From an uncultured Spirochaetales bacterium (GTDB taxonomy: Bacteria > Myxococcota_A > UBA9160 > JAFDET01): a DNA stretch of 64,000 nucleotides. Numbering within the stretch: the first letter of the stretch is position 1; every line of letters starts with the position of its first letter. A model generated the notes under the pieces. That model saw only the letters and a list, made by a program, of their open reading frames with translations. It was not told the DNA's origin and did not search any database. Positions 12,668 through 20,640 of this stretch are shown in pieces. Where the stretch lies: NCBI GenBank assembly GCA_964442285.1, contig CAYTZH010000001.1:224118-288117 (forward strand). Reading direction: 5' to 3'. Position numbers and translations under genes: made by a program.

Positions 12668-12934
12668 CTACGGCGTCCGCGTCTGCATGCGGTCGATGGC
12701 ATGCACGGGCGGGGCGTCGCCGGCCATGAGGGGGGCGATCGCCTTGTAGACGAGCTGCTGCTGCTGCACCAGGCTCTTGCCCGCGAAGGCCTCCGACGTC
12801 ACCTCCACCTCGAAGTGTCCCGGGCTCACGGGCGAGACGCGGACGTCGGCGCCGTCGATGGCATCGCGGATGGCGGACTCGAGCCTGCCGGCCACGGCGC
12901 TCCCGTCCGGGGTGCCGATGATCTTGAGCGACAC
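12668..12934 (-). CDS. BolA family protein
   Basis: 88 aa with GHFEVEVTSEAFAGKSLVQQQQLVY, a BolA-like core. Confidence 0.85.
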   Translation of the reverse strand: MSLKIIGTPDGSAVAGRLESAIRDAIDGADVRVSPVSPGHFEVEVTSEAFAGKSLVQQQQLVYKAIAPLMAGDAPPVHAIDRMQTRTP

Positions 12935-12937
12935 GCG

Positions 12938-13858
12938 CTAGTACCGGGGGACCGAGGGGTCGACCTCGACGCTCCAGGCGTCGATGCCGCCCACCACGTT
13001 GTAGACCTGCTCGAAGCCGAGGGCGGCGAAGTGCTCCGCCGCCGCCTGGCTGCGGCCCCCGTGGTGGCAGTGGAAGACCAGCACCGTGTCGCGGGGGCGC
13101 TGCTCGATCTCGCGGGCGGTGGCGGCGTCGAGCAGGCGGGCGCCCTCGATCCGGGCCCGCTCCCGCTCGTCGGCCGTGCGGACGTCGAGCAGCTCGAAGG
13201 CCCGCCCCTCGTTGCGCCAGGCCGCGAGCTCCTGGGCGGTGAGCTGCTGGACCGAAGTGGGCGCGTTGGGGTTCTGGATGGCAAAGCCCACGCCCTGGTC
13301 CGTCTGGGCGGCGTCGATGCTGGCGCCGTCGATCCGGCCCGCCGAGACCGGGTCCACCACCAGCTCGACGCCGTTGGACGACACCCGCAGCGCGGCCGGC
13401 TCCTCGGGGCCGAAGTAGAGGCTGTTCTGGAAGCGAGCGTCCACCGCCAGGTGCAGTACCTGCCCCGGGCGCTCGTCCGCGAGCTGGCGCAGGGCCGCCG
13501 CGGCCGCGTCGGTGATGGTGACGGAAGGCGGACTCGCGGTCGTGGCATCCACGCCCAGGGTCTTCTGGAGGTCGCCCGTTGCGTAGAGCTCCTTCACGAT
13601 GTCGCAGCCCCCGACGAACTCACCCTTCACGTAGAGCTGGGGGATCGTCGGCCAGGAGGAGAACTCCTTGATCCCGTTGCGTACCTCGGGATCCGAGAGG
13701 ACGTCGAAGGTCTGGTAGTCGGGGATCAGGCTGTCGAGGATCTGGATCACCTGGGCCGAGAATCCGCACTGGGGACGGCCGCGGTCGCCCTTCATGAAGA
13801 GCATCACCGGGTGGTCCTCGATCAGCTGTGCAATGCGCGCGTGGGTGGGGTCGCTCAT
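12938..13858 (-). CDS. tri-domain fusion: monothiol glutaredoxin (CGFS) + Cys-less IscA/HesB-like domain + rhodanese
   Basis: 306 aa from the in-frame ATG at 13858 (MSDPTHARIAQLIEDHPVMLFMKG..PQCGFS). The middle region aligns by eye to IscA (VTITDAAA..., VELVVDPVS, GFAIQNPNA) but has none of the three Cys ligands. The C-terminal rhodanese carries the active-site loop CHHGGRS. Confidence 0.85.
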   Translation of the reverse strand: MSDPTHARIAQLIEDHPVMLFMKGDRGRPQCGFSAQVIQILDSLIPDYQTFDVLSDPEVRNGIKEFSSWPTIPQLYVKGEFVGGCDIVKELYATGDLQKTLGVDATTASPPSVTITDAAAAALRQLADERPGQVLHLAVDARFQNSLYFGPEEPAALRVSSNGVELVVDPVSAGRIDGASIDAAQTDQGVGFAIQNPNAPTSVQQLTAQELAAWRNEGRAFELLDVRTADERERARIEGARLLDAATAREIEQRPRDTVLVFHCHHGGRSQAAAEHFAALGFEQVYNVVGGIDAWSVEVDPSVPRY

Positions 13859-13890
13859 GCTCCGCAGGGTAGCCAATCGGCGGGCGCGGT

Positions 13891-15345
13891 CTAAAAGCCC
13901 GGCGGTGGCCGGAAGCCGCCCAGGATCCCCTCGAGGCGCCCACCGAGGTCGAGGCAGGTACGGTCCTCGAGGTGCGGGCCCGCGACCTGCAGGCCCACCG
14001 GAAGCCCCGCCGGCGTCGCGCCGACCGGGACGACCGTCGCGGGCAGGAGCGCGACGCCGATGGGCCCCACCCAGGACCAGATGTCCATGTACGGACGCTC
14101 GCCGCCGACCACCGGCACCCGCCGGTCGAAGACCGGCTGGCTCGCGTCGTGGGGGATGGCCGGGAAGGCCGCTACGGGCAGCAGCACCGCGTCCCAGTCC
14201 CGGAAGAACCTCGCCCAGCGCGCGCGCAGGGCCTCGCGTCGATCGTGGAGCGCCCGCCATTCGGCATGGGGGAGCCGGGCCCTGCGGGCCCACGCCACCA
14301 GATGGGGCGGCACGCCGGGCGGCGGCTCGGTCAGTCCCGCGAGCCCCTCCACCAGGCTCGGGTCGAGGGCGTCGGCCAGGACGGGTGTGACCATGCGCAC
14401 GTAGAGGTCCTGGCTCTCGGCCAGGTCGATCTCCGGGCGCGCCGTGTCGTCGACGCGGACGCCCTCGCGACGAAGGGCGTCGACGGCAGCCTCCAGGGCG
14501 GTGCGCACCTCCGGCTCCACGGGGCAGTGGGCGTCGTCCAGCCAGGCCGCCACGCGGTAGTCGGCCAGGCGCTCCCGCCGCGCAGGGGGCAGGGACAGGC
14601 GCCAGGCGACGGCGGCATCGGCGGGGGGCCCCGCCAACACCTCCAGCGCCAGGGCACAGTCCGCGGCCGAGCGCGCCATGGGGCCCGCGACGTTGATGTC
14701 CTCCTCCACGCGCCAGCCGGGCGGCCCCGGGATGTGACCCCGGGTCGGCACGATCCCCCAGGTGGGCTTGTGGCCCGTAGTGCCACAGAAGTGGGACGGG
14801 ATGCGGATCGATCCGCCGATGTCGCTGCCGAGCTCGAGGGGCGTGAGGCCCGCGGCCAGGGCCGCGGCGGAGCCGCCCGAGGAGCCGCCCGGGGTGCGGC
14901 CCGGGTCCCGGGGGTTGGCGGTCCGGCCGAAGACCGGGTTGTCGGTCTGCCAGTCGGCGGCGAGGGTCGGTGTATTGGTCTTGCCGAAGATCACGGCCCC
15001 GGCGGTCCGCAGGCGGGCCACGCTCTCCGCGTCGGCCGCCGGGACGTGGTCCGCGAGGTCCGGGCTGCCCGAGGTGGTGCGCAGCCCCTCGGTCTCGAAG
15101 ACGTCCTTCACCGTCATGGGCAGGCCGTGGAGCGGGCCCCAGCGCTCCCCCCGCGCGCGGGCTGCGTCGGCGGCGTCCGCCCGGGCGCGGGCGCGCTCCG
15201 CGTCGAGGGTCACCACGGCGTTCAGCGCCGTATTGCGCCGCTCGATCCGCGCGAGGAGGTGGTCGAGCAGCTCCCGGCTCGAGAGCTTGCGGTCGTCGAG
15301 GGCGGCGAGCAGCTGCGTGACGGTCTGGTAGGTGGGATCGTTCAC
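13891..15345 (-). CDS. amidase (amidase-signature family)
   Basis: 484 aa. The signature GGSSGGSAAALAAG is present, along with KDVFETEG and a GKTNT-like motif. Confidence 0.9.
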   Translation of the reverse strand: MNDPTYQTVTQLLAALDDRKLSSRELLDHLLARIERRNTALNAVVTLDAERARARADAADAARARGERWGPLHGLPMTVKDVFETEGLRTTSGSPDLADHVPAADAESVARLRTAGAVIFGKTNTPTLAADWQTDNPVFGRTANPRDPGRTPGGSSGGSAAALAAGLTPLELGSDIGGSIRIPSHFCGTTGHKPTWGIVPTRGHIPGPPGWRVEEDINVAGPMARSAADCALALEVLAGPPADAAVAWRLSLPPARRERLADYRVAAWLDDAHCPVEPEVRTALEAAVDALRREGVRVDDTARPEIDLAESQDLYVRMVTPVLADALDPSLVEGLAGLTEPPPGVPPHLVAWARRARLPHAEWRALHDRREALRARWARFFRDWDAVLLPVAAFPAIPHDASQPVFDRRVPVVGGERPYMDIWSWVGPIGVALLPATVVPVGATPAGLPVGLQVAGPHLEDRTCLDLGGRLEGILGGFRPPPGF

Positions 15346-15355
15346 CGGTGACTCC

Positions 15356-15856
15356 TCAGGCGAGGGTGACCCGTACGTGGCCCAGCAGGGCCAGGCCCCG
15401 CACGCGCAGCCGCGGCGGGTCGTCCTCGTCGTCGACGAGCTCGGGCTCGCGTCGTTGGCTGCGCCAGAAGCGCGGCCAGCGCGGCCCGCGACGCCGCAGA
15501 CCCGTGTCGAGGCCGCCGAACAGGGCGCTCCCGCTGAGCTCCACCTCGAGGGAGGCGGGGACGATCAGCTCCACGTCGCCGCCGCAGGTCACCACGTCGA
15601 TCTCGGTCTCCCCGGGCAGGAGGTCGGCCTCGCGGAAGTCGAGGCGGGCTCCGCCCAGGACGCAGATCACCCGCAGGGCGCCCGGTGGCGACCAGGCGCC
15701 GCGCCGCTGGCTGTTGCCCAGGATGGCGATGAGGGTCTCATCGGCGTCCTCGAAGGGGCGGCCCTCGGCTTCGGTGGGGGTGCGGTCGAGGGTCCGGTCG
15801 GCGGAGGGATCCGAGGGAGAGCGGCTCACGGGGACCAGTCTACCGCCAGACGTCAC
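15356..15856 (-). CDS. hypothetical protein, LiaF/DUF2154-like beta-rich domain (tentative)
   Basis: 166-aa ORF with repetitive G-rich beta-strand pattern (VLGGARLDF, VTCGGDVELIVP, SGSALFGGL). GC3 is high. The family call is weak. Confidence 0.45.
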   Translation of the reverse strand: MTSGGRLVPVSRSPSDPSADRTLDRTPTEAEGRPFEDADETLIAILGNSQRRGAWSPPGALRVICVLGGARLDFREADLLPGETEIDVVTCGGDVELIVPASLEVELSGSALFGGLDTGLRRRGPRWPRFWRSQRREPELVDDEDDPPRLRVRGLALLGHVRVTLA

Positions 15857-16045
15857 CGGGTGGGGGCAGCCCGCGGTCGAGGTGGTCGCGGTGGCGGGTC
15901 GGTCGGGGCGGCTCGGCCGGTGCGTCGCAGCGCTCGGGGGCCAGCGTCCTCGAGAGGCGCGCCGGCGGCCAGGGCCTCTTCGAGCTGGGCCGGTCCCGGC
16001 GCATGCGGTCGGTCTACCGCGGCGCGGCGGCTGGCCCGGGCTCCC

Positions 16046-16771
16046 TCAGGACGAACACAGGCCGAGGGCCTGCAGCTCGCGGCGGGCGCTCCCGGCCCAG
16101 TCGCGATTGGCGGCCGGGCTGGCCGGGCTCGGGTGGAGCACCCGCCCGATGCGCAGGTCGCGGTCCCCCAGGGCCTCCCGGGCGCGGCCCTCCGCGAAGG
16201 CGCCGACGCCCACGACCCATGCGGGCTCGAGCACGTCCACCACCCGGCGCAGGTGTCGATCGCAGGCCTCGAACAGGGCCGCCCTCTCCGCCGCGGGCAG
16301 CTTGTCGGGGGTCCGGTTGCGGCCGCTCGCCTCGAGGAACGCCAGGGGGCAGTAGTTCCCCACCCAGTGATCCGCGAAGAACGCCTCCGGCGTCTTCCAG
16401 TGGGCGACGATCGCCCCCCAGAGCCGGTCGCCCGAGACCTCGCCGCGGGGGCAGTCGAAGCCCTGCACGGGACGCCTGGGGTGGGCGTCGGATGGGGCGT
16501 CGATGCGGGCGGTGATCCCCAGGTCGTCGCGCACCCGGGCGACGTCGCCGAAGGGCACGCCGGTCTGAACCATGCCGAAGGGTCCCGGATTCATGCCCAG
16601 GAAGACCACCCGCTTCGGCCCCTGGGCGTAGCGGGCGAGGTAGGCGGCGTAGCCCCGCGCGGCATACACCAGGGGGTTGTAGACGTGGGTCACCGGCCGG
16701 CCGAAGCGCAGCGGCTCGAGGTCATCCGCCAGGCGTCGGGCGGCGGCGCGGAGCCGGGTGACGGTGCTCAA
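16046..16771 (-). CDS. SMUG1-type (family 3) uracil-DNA glycosylase
   Basis: Motifs GMNPGPFG and HPSPASPAAN are present. There is no in-frame ATG upstream of the first motif. A TTG at 16771 overlaps the stop of the upstream GST gene (TTGA), so the start is inferred. Confidence 0.75.
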   Translation of the reverse strand: MSTVTRLRAAARRLADDLEPLRFGRPVTHVYNPLVYAARGYAAYLARYAQGPKRVVFLGMNPGPFGMVQTGVPFGDVARVRDDLGITARIDAPSDAHPRRPVQGFDCPRGEVSGDRLWGAIVAHWKTPEAFFADHWVGNYCPLAFLEASGRNRTPDKLPAAERAALFEACDRHLRRVVDVLEPAWVVGVGAFAEGRAREALGDRDLRIGRVLHPSPASPAANRDWAGSARRELQALGLCSS

Positions 16772-17844
16772 GCGAAGACCAGGGCGAACTTCTGCTTGGC
16801 CAGGCGGTGGCGGGGCGGCGCGAGCCAGGGCTCGAGCCCGGTGCCCGCGAGGGCGGCAGCGACGGCGGCGCGACCGCGTGCGTCGAGGGCGGCGTAGGCG
16901 TCGGCGGGACGCTGCAGCATCCACGGCAGGTACGCGCTGGTGTAGCGGCGGAAGCCGACGCCCCGGAGCGACGTCTCGTGGAAGCCGACCGCGCGGGGCG
17001 GCGTCTCGCCGGATCGGGCGTGGGCGTCGGCCCAGGTCTCGAAGGCCTGCAGCGAGTCCCCGAGCAGCGGAGCCGCGTCGCGTCCCACCAGCTCGAGCAG
17101 CGGTCGCAGGGCCGGGGCGAGCGCGTCGTCGGGGAGGAGCTCGCCCTCGCGGCCCTCGCCCCGGTTCGTGCGCTCGATCCAGTCGCAGACCGCCGGCGCG
17201 CGTTCGCGCAGCAGCCGGCCCGGCACGGCGTCCAGGGAGAGGTGGGCGTAGAGGGGGCCCATCATCGCGCAGTCGGCCAGGGAGGGTCGGGATCCCAGCA
17301 GGAAGGACTGCTCGGTTAGCAGCGCGGAGAGCCCGTCCAGGAGCTCGGCCAGGTGCGCCTCGATGACCGCGTGGCTCTCCGGGTGCACGCCCAGGGCCGG
17401 GATGCTCCCCTTCATGCGGTCGGCGAACGTCTCCGCCAACTCTGTCTCGCCGGTCATGGCCGCGAAGTCCCGGCGCGCCTTCGCCTCGCTCTCCGGGAAG
17501 CTCCAGCGGTAGTGCATGGCGGGGAGGATCATGAACTCGTCGGCGTAGACCTCGAGCAGGGAGGCCACCACGCGCTGCACCGGCGTCGTCGGGTAGAGCG
17601 CCGGCACGGGCACCCGGGCCTCGAGGGCGTCGAGGATCTCGCTGGTGTCCTGCCAGGTCTCGTCCTCGGGCGTCACCACCACCGGGATGAACGCCAGCCC
17701 GGTGCGGGGCAGGATCACCTGGCGGTAGGCCTCGGGGCTGGCGGCCCGCTCCTCGAAGGGGACGCCCTTGAAGCGGAGCGCCGGCCGCACCTTGGCGGAG
17801 AAGTAGGAGACCTCGGCGGCGTAGAAGCGATAGGCGTCGGACAC
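16768..17844 (-). CDS. glutathione S-transferase family protein
   Basis: 358 aa from GTG 17844, preceded by GGAG. The N-terminus has a thioredoxin-like GST fold (YRFYAAEVSYFSAKVRPALRFKGVPFEE...IPVVVTPE) and the C-terminal domain is helical. Confidence 0.7.
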   Translation of the reverse strand: MSDAYRFYAAEVSYFSAKVRPALRFKGVPFEERAASPEAYRQVILPRTGLAFIPVVVTPEDETWQDTSEILDALEARVPVPALYPTTPVQRVVASLLEVYADEFMILPAMHYRWSFPESEAKARRDFAAMTGETELAETFADRMKGSIPALGVHPESHAVIEAHLAELLDGLSALLTEQSFLLGSRPSLADCAMMGPLYAHLSLDAVPGRLLRERAPAVCDWIERTNRGEGREGELLPDDALAPALRPLLELVGRDAAPLLGDSLQAFETWADAHARSGETPPRAVGFHETSLRGVGFRRYTSAYLPWMLQRPADAYAALDARGRAAVAAALAGTGLEPWLAPPRHRLAKQKFALVFA

Positions 17845-17871
17845 GGGGGGCTCCGTTTTTCGCACCGGCGG

Positions 17872-17889
17872 CCGGAGTGTACACTCCGG
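17872..17889. promoter_or_regulatory. 18-bp perfect palindrome CCGGAGTGTACACTCCGG (candidate operator)
   Basis: Read directly from the sequence. It lies in the 51-bp divergent gap between the GST (-) and enoyl-CoA hydratase (+) genes and ends 6 nt before the ATG at 17896. Confidence 0.45.
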
Positions 17890-17895
17890 GCCACC

Positions 17896-18732
17896 ATGTA
17901 CGAGCAGATCCGCTACGACGTCGTCGATCCCGTCGCCACCCTCTCCCTCCACCGCCCCGAGCGGCTCAACGCCTGGACCGGCCGCATGAGCCACGAGGTG
18001 CGCCACGCCCTGGCCGCGGCCGAGCGCGACCCCCGCGTGGTGGGCATCGTCCTCACCGGCAGCGGTCGCGGCTTCTGCTCCGGCGCCGACCTGCGGGAGA
18101 CCCAGGCACCGGGAAGCGGGATCTTCGGCGAGCCGCCGACGGACCCCGCGCTGGCCGCGTCGCCGGGCGATCCGGAGTCGGTCGGGCAGCGCGCCGCCTA
18201 CGCCTACCTGCTCTCGATCCGCAAGCCGATCCTCGCCGCGGTCAACGGACCCTGCGCCGGGATGGCCGTGGCCATCGCCCTCTACGCCGACGTCCGCTTC
18301 GCCTCGGACCGCGCCCTGTTCACCACGGCCTTCGTGCAGCGGGGTCTGATCGCCGAGTGGGGCCTGTCGTGGATGCTCTCGCGGCTGGCGGGCCCGGCGG
18401 TCGCCATGGACCTGCTGCTCTCGGGCCGCAAGCTCGACGCCGCCGAGGCGGAGCGGCTCGGGCTCGTGAACCGGGTGGTGCCCCACGACGATCTCCTCGA
18501 CGAGGCGCGCCGCTACCTGGTAGCCCTGGCCGAGCACTGCTCGCCGGCGTCGATGGCGGTCATCAAGCGCCAGGTCTACGAGGACCTGATGGAGGGGCTG
18601 GGCCGTGCCGAGCGCAAGTCCGTGCGGCTGATGCACGAGAGCTTCACGCGCCCGGACTTCCAGGAGGGCGTGCAGGCCTTCCTGCAGCGCCGGGCACCCA
18701 AGTTCCGGCGCCTGGGCGAAGAGCCCGGCTAG
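17896..18732 (+). CDS. enoyl-CoA hydratase/isomerase family protein
   Basis: 278 aa from the in-frame ATG. Crotonase motifs are present: LHRPERLNAW, VLTGSGRGFCSGADL, AAVNGPCAG. Confidence 0.9.
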   Translation: MYEQIRYDVVDPVATLSLHRPERLNAWTGRMSHEVRHALAAAERDPRVVGIVLTGSGRGFCSGADLRETQAPGSGIFGEPPTDPALAASPGDPESVGQRAAYAYLLSIRKPILAAVNGPCAGMAVAIALYADVRFASDRALFTTAFVQRGLIAEWGLSWMLSRLAGPAVAMDLLLSGRKLDAAEAERLGLVNRVVPHDDLLDEARRYLVALAEHCSPASMAVIKRQVYEDLMEGLGRAERKSVRLMHESFTRPDFQEGVQAFLQRRAPKFRRLGEEPG

Positions 18733-18758
18733 CGCCCCTGGGCGAAGAGCCCGGCTAG
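18711..18758. repeat. 22-bp direct repeat (period 26 bp) duplicating the 3' end and stop codon of the hydratase gene
   Basis: CCTGGGCGAAGAGCCCGGCTAG occurs at 18711-18732 and again at 18737-18758. The second copy contains the stop codon of the convergent nitroreductase gene. Confidence 0.8.
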
Positions 18759-19360
18759 AGCCAGTCCGCCGGGGTCTCCCAGGCGTCGCCGAAGACGATC
18801 TCCGGCAGCGACTTGCGGGTGCGGGCGGTGAGGTCCCGCTCGCGGAGCTTCTCGGGCAGGCTGTCGGGCGGCGCGAGATGGCCGAGGGCCAGGGCCGTCA
18901 GGGGCTCGACGTGCTCGGGCACGCCGTAGAGCGCGCGGACCCGCTCGGGCAGGATCCCGATCATCTGGTGCACGAAGAGGCCGCGGTTCGTGGCCTCCAC
19001 CGTGAGCGTCGCCGAGGCCAGGCCCAGGTCGTGGTGGGCCGCCTTGTTGGGCTTGTCGTTGCGCGCGAAGCGGAGGCTCGTGGCGCCGATCGCCAGCACC
19101 GGGGCGGCCCGGGCCCAGGCCTGGTTCGGCTCCACCAGGCAGGAGAGCATGCGCCCGAAGGCCTCGGGGTCCTCCCGGCGGGCGACGAGGTAGCGCCAGG
19201 GCTGCTCGTTGTAGGACGACGCGGCCCAGCGCGCGGCCTCGAACACCGAGCGCAGGTCGTCCTCCGACACCGGCCGATCGGCGAAGCCATAGGGGCTCCA
19301 GCGCTCGGCCAGGGCGGCGTGGATCGGGTGGTCGGTCGCGGCGTCCTTGACGTGGGCCAT
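18755..19360 (-). CDS. nitroreductase family protein
   Basis: 201 aa with RWSPYGFADRPV, AARWAASSYNEQPWRY and HDLGLA. Confidence 0.85.
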   Translation of the reverse strand: MAHVKDAATDHPIHAALAERWSPYGFADRPVSEDDLRSVFEAARWAASSYNEQPWRYLVARREDPEAFGRMLSCLVEPNQAWARAAPVLAIGATSLRFARNDKPNKAAHHDLGLASATLTVEATNRGLFVHQMIGILPERVRALYGVPEHVEPLTALALGHLAPPDSLPEKLRERDLTARTRKSLPEIVFGDAWETPADWL

Positions 19361-19370
19361 GCGGGCTTCC

Positions 19371-20528
19371 CTAGGAGCGCGGGTCCAGGCCCAGGCTGCG
19401 CGCGATGATCAGCTTCATGATCTCGTTGGTGCCCGCGTAGATCGACTGCACCGCGGCGTCGGCGTAGTCCTCCGAGACCGGCATCTCGCGCATGAAGCCC
19501 ATGCCGCCGTGGAGCTGCAGGCAGTCGGCGCTGAGGCGCTTCTGGAGATCGGTGGTCCAGTGCTTCGCCATGCTCGCCTCGACGGTGGTGTCTTCGCCGC
19601 CGGCGTGGGCCGCGATCACCCGGTCGACGAAGGCCTGGCCCACCTCCACCTCGGTGGCGAGCTCCGCCAGCCGGAACTGGGTGTTCTGGAAGTGGCCGAT
19701 GGGCTGGCCGAAGGCCTCGCGCTCCTTCACGTAGGCGAGGGTGTCCTCCAGGGTGCGTCGGCACGAGGCGATGGAGGAGACCCCGATCGCCAGCCGCTCC
19801 TGGGCCAGCTTCTGCATGAGCATGCGGAAGCCCTGGCCCTCGCCACCCAGCAGGTTCTCCGCGGGCACCCGGCAGTCTTCGAAGAAGAGCTCGCTGGTGT
19901 CCTGGCCGCGGAGGCCGAGCTTGTCGAGCTTCTTGCCGCGCACGAAGCCGGGGGTGTCGGCCTCCACCAGGATCAGGCTGATGCCCCGATGCGCGGGACG
20001 CGCCTCGGGGTCGGTCTTGGCGACCACGATGAACAGGTCGCCGATCTGCCCGTTCGAGATGAAGGTCTTCTGGCCGTTCAGGACGTAGTGGTCGCCGTCA
20101 CGCAGGGCCCGGGTCTGCACCGCGGCGAGGTCGGAGCCGGTTCCGGGCTCGGTCATGGCCACGCCGAGGAGGCAGGAGCCGTCGATGCTGGCGGGCAGGT
20201 AGCGCTGCTTCTGCGACTCGCTGCCGAAGCTGATCAGGTACGGCATGCAGATGTCCGAATGCAGCGAGATCATCATGGCGTGGGCGCGCACCCGCGCCAT
20301 CTCCTCCATGACGATGGCCGCGTGCAGGAACGTGCCACCGGAGCCGCCGTACTCGGTGGGCGCGTTGGGCCCCAGCAGCCCGGCGGCGCCGGCCTTCCGC
20401 CAGGTCTCCGGATCGCTGGTGCCGGCGGCGTTCCAGGCCGCCACCTTGGGCTCCACCTCGGCCTCGACGAAACGCCGGACCTGCTCGCGGAAGAGCTCGT
20501 GTTCCTCGTCGAAGAGATCGCGTCGCAT
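19371..20528 (-). CDS. acyl-CoA dehydrogenase
   Basis: 385 aa from the in-frame ATG 20528 (MRRDLFDEEHELFREQVRRF). Motifs seen: MTEPGTGSDL, GQKTFISNG, FQNTQFRLAE, IYAGTNEIMKLIIAR. Confidence 0.9.
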   Translation of the reverse strand: MRRDLFDEEHELFREQVRRFVEAEVEPKVAAWNAAGTSDPETWRKAGAAGLLGPNAPTEYGGSGGTFLHAAIVMEEMARVRAHAMMISLHSDICMPYLISFGSESQKQRYLPASIDGSCLLGVAMTEPGTGSDLAAVQTRALRDGDHYVLNGQKTFISNGQIGDLFIVVAKTDPEARPAHRGISLILVEADTPGFVRGKKLDKLGLRGQDTSELFFEDCRVPAENLLGGEGQGFRMLMQKLAQERLAIGVSSIASCRRTLEDTLAYVKEREAFGQPIGHFQNTQFRLAELATEVEVGQAFVDRVIAAHAGGEDTTVEASMAKHWTTDLQKRLSADCLQLHGGMGFMREMPVSEDYADAAVQSIYAGTNEIMKLIIARSLGLDPRS

Positions 20529-20640
20529 GGGGCGCAGAGTAGCAGAGGCTTCCCAGGGGGAGCCGGCCCGGCCTTCCCCCGAGGCCCGCCCCGGGGCGGC
20601 GGGCCTAAAGCCCGCCTGCGACGGGCACGAAGAGCAAGGC

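Noticed and set aside
15857-16045. Small Arg-rich ORF (about 55 aa, minus strand) in the 189-bp gap
   Set aside because: The composition is Arg/Pro-rich, with no ribosome-binding site or motif. It is probably a non-coding leader of the LiaF-like gene.
20527-20640. ATG 20527 as the start of the FHA-GGDEF gene
   Set aside because: It would overlap the start codon of the divergent ACAD gene (CATG shared), leaving no promoter space. The extra 38 residues are low-complexity. GTG 20641 is preferred but unproven.
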